A DNA stretch of 63,399 bases, filler included, from Choristocarpus tenellus KU-1152 (Eukaryota; Protista; Phaeophyceae): the NCBI GenBank assembly GCA_964200185.2. It is 12 parts of 12 records of this genome, joined end to end, with 100 filler letters (N's around TTAATTAATTAA, not from the genome) between each part and the next. Parts side by side here need not be neighbours in the genome. Positions count along the whole stretch, not along the records: positions 1 to 6,033 come from CAXNAD020009112.1; positions 6,134 to 9,935 come from CAXNAD020017839.1; positions 10,036 to 15,602 come from CAXNAD020010399.1; 9 more parts are not named here. The stretch is one strand, 5' to 3'. Position 1 is the stretch's first letter. Each line of letters begins with the position of its first letter. Below, piece after piece: positions 1 through 11,232 of the stretch. A program made the translations under genes and the position numbers. Under the pieces are notes generated by a model. It had not been told where the DNA came from, did no database searches, and saw only the letters and a list, made by a program, of their open reading frames with translations.

Positions 1-335
1 GGTCGCACTGGCTGGTCATCAGATAGGGGGGGGGTGACTGGAAATCAGTGACAAATTGGTCATCATATGTGGGGGATGGCTGGAAATCAGTGACGAAGGG
101 GGTTTGGTCATCAAATGTGGGAGATGGCTGGAAATCAGTGACGAAGGGAGTTCGCACTGGTTGGTCATTAAATGTGGAGGGTGACTGGAAATTGGTGACA
201 AAGGGGATTCACACTGGTTGGTCATCAGAGGTGGGGGGTGACTGGAAACCAGGGGCGAATGGGTCGCACTGGTTGGTCATCTCATGGGGGGGTAAATAGG
301 AAACTAGCGGCGAAGGGGTCGCAAGGGGCTGGTCA
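1..335. repeat. Tandem repeat, about 6 diverged units of 44-57 bp (core TTGGTCATC...GACTGGAAATCAGTGACGAAGGG)
   Basis: Units restart near 12, 56, 104, 161, 218, 273 and 329. The ORFs over this region are just translations of the repeat. Confidence 0.9.
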
Positions 336-469
336 GAAGAAGGAATACATGGGGAAGGAAAGGAATGAAGAATAGGGGAATGGCAAACAACGAATAAGCT
401 AATAATAATAATCCAGAATTCGTGAGTAAAACAAACCAATACTTCTCAACTATTGGTACTGATACATCA

Positions 470-2650
470 CCTCCCCCCTCACATTTCTAGCGACGCGGTT
501 CGCGCGGAGTTTAGATCGCACGACAAGTAACCCACCCCTTCATCAAAATCGGATACTACTACCATGCCATTGTGTGATTAAGCTAGCATCAATAGAGAGA
601 CCGTGGTGTTGGAACCCATCCGTGAGTCATGCGGAACAACCGCGTGCGGTTGGTGGTGATTCTCTTGGTCCTAGCTTGCGTACGTCATTCTTGGACATGG
701 ACCGGATCAAGGAAGACAGAGAATCTCAACTGGGATACAACACCTTTTCTACTGCTTGATCTAGACGATGGCAAGTTCAATTTGGGAGTGTAACTCGTCG
801 ACGAGAGCATCCTTCGAAAAACAGCATCATCCTTTAACTATAATACTGTTAACTGTGTCTCTCTCACTCACCATATCTGGACTTTTTCGAAGGAATGTGC
901 CTGGGACCAGATGGGCAATTTGGGCCTTGTGATCCTCGAAGCCTATGGGTACTGACAGGTGGACCAGACAACAAGATACCTACTATAGTGAACCTTCTCG
1001 AGCCAGATCCTGCGCGGATGTGTCTGGGAAGGGCCAAATGCCATTCTGGGGAGAGCTCTGTTGGGGTTTTCAAGTGAGTTTATAGTTGACTATTCAGATG
1101 TACGTAAGGGCCCAATCGAGCCTCACCACGCTTAGTAGTCACTCAAAATGTCCTCATTTTCTCTATCCATATTGTCCACCAATGAATAGAGAAAATGTTG
1201 TGGCATCTTTCCCACTAAAATACGCACTTTTCTCCTTGTGTCGTTTCTATAGGTGCAGCCATTGCGGTACCAAGCACATCAACTTCTTCCCAACCAGCGT
1301 TTCAGGGCTGTTCATTGTCTCCCAAGATAACAACAAGAACTGCCTCGTACGTGGGAAAGGACCCCTTAAGAACTCCGTGGGAATGCAGGTCTGGCCAATA
1401 GGCAATCCTTTTCTTCCCTCGCCTAATGTCATCATTGACCTGGAATGGGGGGTTTGGGTTGTACCTCTACCCGTGTTAGGCTTACAACCGCTTGACCTAT
1501 TCACTACCACAACCCCTTCTGTATGCTGACCTATGTCAATATCTTCAGCGATGTGAAAAGGGTGGGACACCCCTCCGTATCCTTGAAAGCGCCTTGCACA
1601 AGGCTGGTGTGCACCTCTTGGCCGCAGACGGGCAGTGCTTTGATGGCGAACGCTTCCGCACGTGCGATGACAGGGACAAAGCCTTGAGGCAAGTGGTGGT
1701 GATCACAGGTGTTTTGGCAAGTGGAGACTGAGGACAAGGGATTTGGAGCTTAAGATCGATGATGGTGGATCTGAGTCTTTGAGTATGTATATTACACCTA
1801 CGGATAAAGTGCGATCTACAATGGGTTGCCTCGATAGATGCTAGCATCAAGGACTTGATAAAGGCAACTTATGGTGCTACAGCAATGGGGTGATCCAAGT
1901 TATCTTTCACTCATGCTCAGATACCTTGAATGCCGAATCTAGAATTGCAAATATGTGAGCTTGTCCACGTCAATAACCATGTGCCTTAATTAGGCATCAG
2001 TTGTGTCCTGGGGGTGTGTGTCTCCGTCAATGTTCAGGAGTACCTGATTTGGATACTTGGCCATGATTTAAGACATCAATGAACTTGCCATATTGCATGC
2101 TTGCTCTCATCAATGGGCTTCCACCAGGTGGGGGATTGGCTTCGACTTCAACAAGGCAGAACCATCTCGCCAGATATTCTCATTCTTCAATGAGGGGCAG
2201 TGCCTTGTGCACAGTAACTCCAAGATTGGCACAGGTGACCCCCTCTCTCCCACCCTCCACACCAATTTAATCATAGGGTGTAAGGTTGAATGTTTGAGCC
2301 ACCAAGCAAGTATAAATCGCCATAAAAAATTATACCCCACAGTGTGTTGCATCCCTTCTGGGCCCATGCTTAACACAAATTGCATATGAATGGACCACCC
2401 CTGTTTTGATCTTGTGTCAGTCCTAGAAATCTGCACTACTTCTTAATGTTGGTAGTGTTGAGTAGAAATCGGCAACTATGATCAACACCAAGAAACCCTT
2501 CAACTGGTGTTGAGAGGGTACATATTCATCCCCATATGGCGAGCATTGTACAATTGAGTCCTAAAATCTCCAGGATTAGAGAGGAGGTATTTGGAATACA
2601 TGGGCTGGGGTCATTATAACCGTCCCCTGTTGGTATCAATTGTTGAGAAT
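470..2650 (-). mobile_element. Degenerate Ty3/Gypsy LTR retrotransposon pol remnant with a probable polypurine tract
   Basis: Minus-strand fragments in Gypsy order: HPIAVAP and STIIDLK (RT-like, ~1750-1900), HLPQGF (~1690), an RNase H-like stretch (~1080-1150) and RKLGPR (integrase C-terminus-like, ~670). GAGGGGGGAGG at 480-470 is followed directly by TG at 469. Many stops and frameshifts. Confidence 0.55.
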
Positions 2651-2942
2651 TTCAAAATTTTGAGGGGGTTGATATTCAAATTTCATTCATTATATTATTT
2701 TTTTGAGGGGGGGTGGGGGTGGGGGCAGTTTCTCCTGTTATAATTTTCTCGGAAGTTGATGTTGTATGTAGGTGCACAGTAGATGGTCTAGAGGAGCAAG
2801 ACTCCAGTAGGAAAGTTGTTGGTGCTCATTTTTTTTTTCTGTTGTAAGATGTAACTTCGATTGTCAGAGTCTTGTGTTTGTATGTGTATGTGATGTAGTG
2901 GTGAAGGTTTTGTTATCTCAGTGGGTTAGACTCTTATTGAAG

Positions 2943-3041
2943 GTACTATGTACTATGTACTATATACTGTGTACTGTGTACTATATACTGTGTACTGTGT
3001 ACTGTGTACTGTGTATTGTGTACTATATACTGTGTACTGTG
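2943..3041. repeat. 7-bp minisatellite (TGTACTG/TATACTG)n
   Basis: Visible directly; gives the spurious YYILCTV ORFs. Confidence 0.9.
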
Positions 3042-3562
3042 AAGTTGAAATGTGCATGATGTCTATAGTGTGTGTGTGTGTGAAAGGGTTTTGCCCTTTT
3101 TTCTCTCTTTTTTTTTTTAATGTGCAAGTCTTTTATCCATTTGGTGGGAGTGATCAAAAAAGGAACTCTCCATTTACTTTCTGCGGTGATTGTTTTTTGT
3201 TCTTAAAACTTTCCAAGAATTTTCTGTGCAGAAGGTGTAAATATGTGGTTACCTGTGCTGAGTTCAAAAAGAAAGTATATAAAAGGATGTACAAAGTAGT
3301 TACACCTCTCTATATATAAACCGAGAGACTGAGAGATGCAGTTCATGTTACCAACGATGGGGTTTTGTAGTACTGCTGGAGGCATTGAAGGGATAGCTGT
3401 ATCCTCACGTTGTGAACACTAAGCCATTAGTCGCACTCCAGTTCTTAGAAATAGCAGATCCCCTTGTGGATGTGTGGAAAGCCTCGAAGGCGTGTGTGGG
3501 ATTCATGATCGGTATCATCCCAAAAATGCCTTACCATTGATAGTCTTTGTAGCTGTCATCTG

Positions 3563-3564
<2 letters not shown>

Positions 3565-3601
<37 letters not shown>
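3565..3601. repeat. (GT)n microsatellite
   Basis: Perfect dinucleotide run. Confidence 0.95.
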
Positions 3602-3605
<4 letters not shown>

Positions 3606-6033
3606 GACCACTTTTTTTATTGGACTATTTTTATAATAATAATGTTAATTGTTTTTGCATTGGGGTTAGGGGGGGAGGGGGGACTTTTTTTTGTTTCTTA
3701 TTGGATGTATAAGAAAAATAGACACTTGGATGGTAGAGTGATGAAGTCGACATGTGAATCACACTTTTTCTTACCAGAAGAGTAGGCTGCCACGGATATT
3801 TCTTTCTCATAACTTTGTTTGACTTGTGGCACTCTTGCCTTTGGTTTTGTAATAGTTGATGGCGTTTCCTCCAATTGTACGCCCTTGGAATTTTTGTGTG
3901 TTTGCTTGTGTGTGAAGGGGTGTCTGAGTACCTCAAGGTGGGGGTGGCGGGTCTTCATCTCCCCCCAATGTGCCTTCTGGACTACAAGGGCTTTCGGATG
4001 GTGGCCCAGGTACTGATATGATTGTGAGCGAGTTGTATGAGGTATTACAGGTACTTGTAATGTATATTAATATCGAAACTAGGATAAAATATATAATAAA
4101 TGTGTTGAATAGTAATGGGTTGATAAGTATGTAACGTGTGTATGCATTATGATATGAAACGCCTTTTTATTTTTCTACCATATTATTTTTGTTGTTGTGT
4201 ACAGGATAAGGTTATAGACCCTTTTTTATGTTTTTTTTATTTGAAACTGAATTTGATTTCATTGCAACGGTGGACTTGGGGGTATACCTAACTTTTTGTG
4301 CTAGAGTAAAGGCCTATTGGGTGAATCATACTGAGAAGATATTGACACTATTTGAAATAAAATGTACATTTTATGGAAAGGAGGTTTGAGTGTATGGAAT
4401 GGTTTTGGCAGAGGTTTGGTTATTATTATTCTGAAGGGATTTTTTCCCAACTCTTTTCCCAGTACAAGGTATTTTATTTTTTTGTTTGATTCTGTAGGGT
4501 TAGGGTTCGGGTATTTAAATAAAAAATGCGATATATATAGTATGATGTTATTATAGCATTGCTTTACTATGCAGTCTTGATACAGAAATAGGATATGGTC
4601 ATCACACAGAAATGGTCACTTTTTACTTAGTAACAGAAGTATCCTGACCGGAATATATATATATATATACATACATATGTTTATAATATGTTTTCTGGAG
4701 GGTTTCAAAATCAAGCAAAGTAAGAAATGTTTGCTTTTTTGAGAGAGGGTTAGGGCTAGTCTGCGAAGAGCCTGGTGTCTGTATATTTATCATGGTGGTG
4801 GTGGGGGGGGGGTTGGTGGGACAGCACTCGATACACTGATACACTTTGTATCATGCACTCGTACACTGATACACTTTGTATCATACACTAAAAGAAAATA
4901 AATGTGCGGGTTTTGATTTTGATGGAGTAACTCTAAGCTAATTTTTTGAGGTAATGTTTGGTGGTGTGACTTTGGGTTAGGGTTAGAGCCGTGTTTGGAA
5001 CAAGTGGGTTCTTTCCCCCTGAATTATGGACAGAAAACATGTTGAGTTGTTGCGAGGGGTTGACTTGATTTTGTTTACGTTTTTTTTTTTTACAGAGGAC
5101 GAATCTGTCTGCGTGAGAGGGTGTCGATGCATGGACCGTTCTCGTAAAATGTAGAAGGCGTTTTTATACGATGCTGGATGAGGTATTAATCCCATCTTCA
5201 CTGTTCAACTTCTGCAGGAGTGGAAGGTTGTTATTGAATCGGTGTTTATTTTTCGTGCACAGGGGTTGTATTGGACGGTTCTTTGAACAGTCCCTGGTGA
5301 ATGAAGGGGTATGAATTGGAGTACAAGTGGTGGCATATGCCGATCACGGGATTTCTGGCGAATCTTGTCTGGGTAGAGTACTTGAATGAACTCGATCTGT
5401 TGAACTTGAGATGTATTGTGGTGGATAAGAGTCAAGAGAGGAGCGCTAACTCCGTGCTCTCTGCTGTTGTGGCAACGGGGTTGGTGGTTCGCTGAGTGAC
5501 AGGGTTGTAGTGGGTGACGTCCATCACCTTGAAGCGAACGCCTTATCAAGTCTTGAAACAAACTTGATAAGGCGGGAATGTGCGTACGGTAGTACCTCAA
5601 TTTTTTTTTAATGGCAATTTGGCTTCGAGGTTAATTGAAGAGATTCCCACCAACTGCACACTCGGGGATTGGCGGTTCGGTGTGACATTATAAGGTACAG
5701 GTCCAGGTATACCGATGTACTGGACGACGGTATGTTGCCAATATGTTACATGCCGTTGTTGGTCGTACCGTTCTGCCGGCTCCATTGTTTGTATGTTTGC
5801 TTCCCTGTTGGGGAGTGGGGGAGGGCATGTTTGTTTGAGTTCTGTGGGTCTCTTGTGTGGATGTGTGGTCCTATGCAGCAATAACCTGTCTGACATTTTG
5901 TTTGTGTGTATACATATGTATGTTTTCTATGCACCATTACCCTCCCCCCCCCCCCCCTCACCTCCGTAGGCTCACCTCCCCCCTGGGGCGAACAGCATGA
6001 AGATGGGTACCCAGGATGGTGGAAAGACAGTCC

Positions 6034-6133
6034 NNNNNNNNNNNNNNNNNNNNNNNNNNNNNNNNNNNNNNNNNNNNTTAATTAATTAANNNNNNNNNNN
6101 NNNNNNNNNNNNNNNNNNNNNNNNNNNNNNNNN
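6034..6133. other. Artificial contig linker N44-TTAATTAATTAA-N44 (first of 11)
   Basis: Identical 100-bp linkers at 6034, 9936, 15603, 20003, 31886, 34859, 37477, 46251, 48970, 55997 and 59251. The 12-mer puts stops in all six frames. Confidence 0.99.
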
Positions 6134-6539
6134 GGGGGGGGGGGGGGGGAGCAGGGGGGGGGGGGGGCCAAGGTGGTCGGGGGGGGGGGGGGGGGGGGAG
6201 GAGGGGGGGGTTCCAGGCTTGGATATGATGAGGAACGGCGTGGTAGAAGAGGGTCCCAGGGTCCTGGTACATAAACCACACGGCTTACTATGTTTTCAAG
6301 TTGCGCTAAGAGGGGTGGGTGTCATACATGAATGACGGCGGAGTAGGGGAATGAAGAGGGGAGGGGGGAGGGTCTGTGAGCGCAGGGGAGGGGATAATGT
6401 AGAACAAAGAACTGAGGATTCCTACTTTGTGTGCCATTGAGCACCACTGCAGTCACCTGTGCTATCATTTTCTCTTTTGGAAATGTAAACAAATCGGGGA
6501 GGCAGGTTGTGTGGAGTACCCCCAGTAGAATTGTCACAT

Positions 6540-9500
6540 GTCAACGACGTTTCGGTCAACCCAGTCCAAGGGGAACACCAGACATCTAGTACCAAAATAA
6601 CGTCACATCTCGTCATTTACATATTGCGAAGGATGAAATAAAGCAGAGGATATTTCAACCTCGAAGTATTAGGATTACCGTGAGGAGAAAGACAAATAGC
6701 GTTTCTTAAAGATCGGTAGAGAACACTAGTGAGGGAGGGTGAACTCACCCAGTGTTGCCGAGATCTGGCCTTCCTCCGCGATGAGCTCCTCCTCTGTGGA
6801 TGAAGTCCATCCAACATCCCGTGGGATGAAGTCACCGCAGACCACGCACATATCAAACACCTTCTCCCTGAAGGTGGGCATAGAGGGGTTGCATCAAATG
6901 AAGGCAGGGCCATAATAATGACGTGACTCCAGGGAGAGGCATTAATCATTTCCTTCTGGGGTTTAGAGCGAGAGTTTTCATGGAGTGTATGCGCACCATC
7001 AGGTGGGGGTTCACCAAAGGTGCAGTTAGATCTAGAAACGTCACAACACAATCTACTCACTGTACCATTTCGATTCGGAATTCTGTGAGCACCCAAACCC
7101 ACCCTCGAAGTGCCCATGCTGTCAACCTTCCCGCAGAATCCATGTCCACATCCGCCAATAGTAGAACTCGCAAATTGGGCGTGGAAGTCCCTGGCCCCTG
7201 CCACCCGACTGCGTACTACGAGGTCAATCCAACAGGTACAAGCAGTAATGAGGAGGAGCGAACTGATACATGGCATAGTTCACACTGACAGTCTTTAAAT
7301 GCAAATGAAACTACCCATTATTTCTCATTACCAAGCTTCTAAGCAGTTCAGGATTTGGACTGTCTTATACATGCAGGATGTGTTTTTGTTGTACCTCGTT
7401 CAACCTCACACGCCCTCCTTCGTCGTACGGCTCGGTCCTTCTCTGCATCCTCGAGACTCCTCCAGCCATTGAAACTTGGAAAACTAGACGCAATGAGTAG
7501 CAACTCTATTCAGTTTATCCCGCACTTAGGGGCTGTTTCTCCTCTAAAATTGCACCTACCTCTGTCTTTCTTCCTCTCTTTCTTAGAAGGCATCACCTTC
7601 CACTTGCATTCACCATGGAAGGCATGCAAATGCTCTGACTTTTTTGAACAACAGACCAATGAAAATCACCATACCCAAACATATTGTACGTAAGTAGTGT
7701 GTATCTTAAATAAAAAAGAAATAGTAGAATGATGTCTTCTTACACAACTTGCAATCATATTTGATACTAATCACTATGATATGGAACAATCGACTGAAAC
7801 ACACGATCTTCGATCTTTGCGATTTTGTGAAGTTTGGATTTGGACACAAAGTGTCGGAGATCAAACTAGCAAAGTAGGCTCTACTGGAAGCAGATTGGTG
7901 AACACTAGAAGCAAGTGGTGTGAAGTGAAGGAAGTTAGCTAAGGATACCGATATGGAATCCGCTGTACCTTCATCAACTCAGAAGAGGAGTTGCACTGCA
8001 GGTACTTCTGCGCAGCCGCTGCCATTATCCCACGCTTCAAGACCAGCTCCTATTTCTGGGTCGAATCATGTAGCGTCAGCCCTACTCCCCTTGGGGGCAT
8101 GCACCCAACATCAACCTGTTGGTCGAGGAATTCAATTGCAACCGGATGCGTCGAAGCAGGTTGTTACCCCATCCTTGTTGGATACCCACCTTGTTCCTGT
8201 GGTGAGCGCGCACATTAAGAAGGTAGGATTAACTTCAGCGATGGCAAGCCGCGGTGTTGGACCGGAACGATCTGTATGGAAGTTGATTGATCTTTGATTG
8301 GTACACCAGTCGCAGTCAAGCGTTTTTTATGTTCCAAGGACATGGATATCCATGATGCCTTTCCCTCACTCGTTCCACTCTCTCATTGCATCATTTCTAC
8401 AACAGATTGTTGACTTAGGATTCTCCAGCCAAGGATTCTATGAAGTAAAGCTCTACCAGCTGATCTCTTCCTTTTCCTGCCTTTTACCTTAACTTTTGGA
8501 ATTGAACTTGCCTCCCATATGTTCTCATTCCTCGCGAAAGATCCTTGAGCTGCCAGCTTCTCCCTATATTCCTGTACGACGTATTCAAGGTTGATCTCAC
8601 AAGGGTGACCATCACCTGGCCACTATGAATGCTTCGATAATTTCCACCTTGGCCCCATTCCTCTTGCGTTTCTGGATGGTGGGTTCTACGACTTGAAGGT
8701 GATGGTCATGAGGTGCGACAAAAAGCGATGGGGCTGCGAAATGCGAGGCCGGTGGTTCCCCGAGGAGTTCAACTACTTCGTGTTTCTTTACGACCTATTT
8801 CGTGACGGACTGCTGGGCAAATTGGACACCTCCATGTCTTTTCGAGAATTCAGCGCTGACGTTCTTGGGTGAGATTGGAGGAGTTTCTAACTTTTGTGGT
8901 CGGCCTTGGCGAGGGACATGCCGGGAATTGACGTTCCCATTGCTTTCCATCATGATTGTTTACCTCACTCTCCTTCCAGCTTCGAGCATAAGAATCTGAT
9001 TCCAAGAGCATGCTGTACATTTGAATTAATTTCATTATTGTGAGTCCAGCTACATTGAATGTTGCGCATCCTTAGAGGTGAGGCTATTGAAGGTAAGCCG
9101 AAGCTGGGAGGACTCTTCGAGAGACTCACCTGGGAACATAGCTCCAGGTAGACACAACACTTGTGGGGGTAGGAATTATGCGGAGTGACTTGGGGAGAAT
9201 AGGTTGCGAATATATCTTGTTTCTCAAACTTCCTTGAACTATTTTAGGCAAGAATCCGCCAGACAATGTCAAAAATGCACAGCAAGTAATAAACTGCCTG
9301 TGTGTCACACTGTTGTTACGGAAACATCGATTTGTAGCCCTCCGTTTCAAGGCATCAAAAACGAGAGGTAGAGTGGGTGGTACGATGTGACTATTGAGAA
9401 GAATTGACAAAGGTAAGATAGTAATCTCTTGTACCATGAGTGGTACATCTCATCCTGTTGTGTCGACTGGCCGAGCCCCTAAAAGTTTTGTCTGCAACAT

Positions 9501-9600
9501 TCTCCGATTTCTCAGGAAAGTCTGTGACCCAGGTCAAGCTTGACCCCTGTTTTATACTGTACTGCATCCCTTTCCTGAAATGCAAGAAAATCTTGATGGA
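6540..9600 (-). mobile_element. Degenerate Ty3/Gypsy retrotransposon (gag-pol remnant)
   Basis: Minus-strand QLPYR...VSNKDGVTTCFD (RT start, ~8150-8290), SAGRLTAWALRGW..LTEFRIEMV (cf. RNase H end SGRLARWALRLSEF, ~7060-7140) and an integrase-like SGVP stretch (~6575). The outer boundaries are approximate. Confidence 0.6.
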
Positions 9601-10088
9601 TCAGGTTTCCTTTCTTGAATGGTGACTTGGGTTGCCTCTTAGAGTGTGTCGTCTGCTGTCTTTTGCCATGTACTTTCGTTTCAACTTACATTTCTCCTCA
9701 GCATTGTCCCCCTCTCCACCCCACCCAATCCACACCAACACTTTATAGCCTAAACTTTCAATCCATTCCCCTCCCGATGCCCCCCCCTGCAAAATATTTT
9801 TGAGGTTTCGAGCCTTCTGCGGGGGTCTATCATGGTGTCCTCCAAATAGTATTCCCCTCCCCCCCCCCCCCCGGTTTTGGTTTTTTTTTCCTTTCTTTAA
9901 TACACTCTTATTTTTTACTATTAAATAAAAAAAAANNNNNNNNNNNNNNNNNNNNNNNNNNNNNNNNNNNNNNNNNNNNTTAATTAATTAANNNNNNNNN
10001 NNNNNNNNNNNNNNNNNNNNNNNNNNNNNNNNNNNATGAAAAAAAAAACCCCAAATGGACAGCCGCCACCCCCTCTCGGATACTTTGA

Positions 10089-10351
10089 GAGTGAAAGTAT
10101 GTTAGGGTTAGGGTACAAGTTTTGCCCTGTTTGTCTGTGTGGGGCTTGGCTTCCCATGGGTTTTTTTATTACATTTTCCTACTCCAAATGTTTTCGGAGT
10201 AGGAAAAATGTATGCATTTTGAAAAGGTTTGACTGGAACAAGGATATTGACACTTCCAAACAAATACGATTGCCAAAATTACATCAGAATCGCAACACTG
10301 GACTTTGGCCCTCAAATGGATGCGGCTCTACCCTCTAAGATACTTTGGGTC
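10089..10351 (-). mobile_element. MITE family A copy (~263 bp), TSD TGA
   Basis: Reverse complement of the 10726 copy. Termini GAGTGAAAGTATGTTAG...CTAAGATACTTTGGGTC, flanked by TGA/TGA. Confidence 0.85.
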
Positions 10352-10725
10352 TGAGCCTAAATTTACATAGCACCACAATTATGATGGTATTTTTTTCGTA
10401 TCCCCCAGCCTTGCCCGACTTTGTGCCATCTCTTCCTGAGTGAAAGTTCAAGGCAAACATGTAGTCCTTGAAGGCTCTACAGTAGCGATCATCTAGTGTG
10501 GGCCATTTGTGTACTATTATGGAGTATGCTGTACAGAGGCCTTCCACACCCAGTGCACTGAATGACCTTCTGAGCAGCTTTGGTGCATTAGATTCAAGGG
10601 ATCGAAAAAATCGATTATTGGTATTGAAATTGTCAAAAGAAAAATATGCCTGGTCCTTCCTCCCCACCCCCCTTGTCTAGCAGACCCCTGGTGTATGGGA
10701 CACTATTGCAGACCAACATAGCAAT

Positions 10726-10988
10726 GAGTCAAAGTATCTTAGAGGATAGCGCCGCACTCATTTGGGGGCCAGAATCCAATGTTGCGATTTTGATGCAATC
10801 TTGGCTATCGTTTTTGTTGGACAGTGTCAATTTCCTTGTTCCAGACACATCTTTTCATAACGTATGCATTTACCTACTCCAAAACATTTTGGAGTAGGAA
10901 GATGTCAACAAAAAATACTGTGGGAAGCCAAGCCCCACACGGACAAACAGGGCAAAACTAGTACCCTAACCCTAAGATACCTTCACTC
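10726..10988 (+). mobile_element. MITE family A copy, TSD AAT
   Basis: TIRs GAGTCAAAGTATCTTAG and CTAAGATACCTTCACTC, flanked by AAT/AAT. Homologous to the copies at 10089, 14654, 35323 and 36893. Confidence 0.9.
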
Positions 10989-11232
10989 AATGAAAAGTGC
11001 ATCGCTTGAAAAATGAGGACTGTGATAGAGCACATCTAGCCCCAAGACAACAAAACTACTGCGAGATCTATTCCTGATTCTGATACTAAGACAGAAGACA
11101 AACTCTCTACTTCTAGCTATTGATGCTTGGTGCCATTCCCCCCCACCTCAAGTCCTCTCCATTTCCCGACAAGAAAATGTACACATACATTTTTTTGCCC
11201 CTCCCTCCCTAACATATTTTGGTCCCTCTTAG

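Noticed and set aside
1-335. CRISPR-like array (also considered for 56110-56248 and 58903-59040)
   Set aside because: Whole units are repeated with no unique spacers, there are no cas genes, and the context is eukaryotic.
5000-5900. Possible Gypsy integrase remnant on the minus strand
   Set aside because: Only faint resemblance (KFVSRL, AYATTCTPIHTPSF); too decayed to support.
6617-7276. 219-aa ORF as a host gene
   Set aside because: It overlies frameshifted Gypsy RNase H/integrase sequence in another frame.
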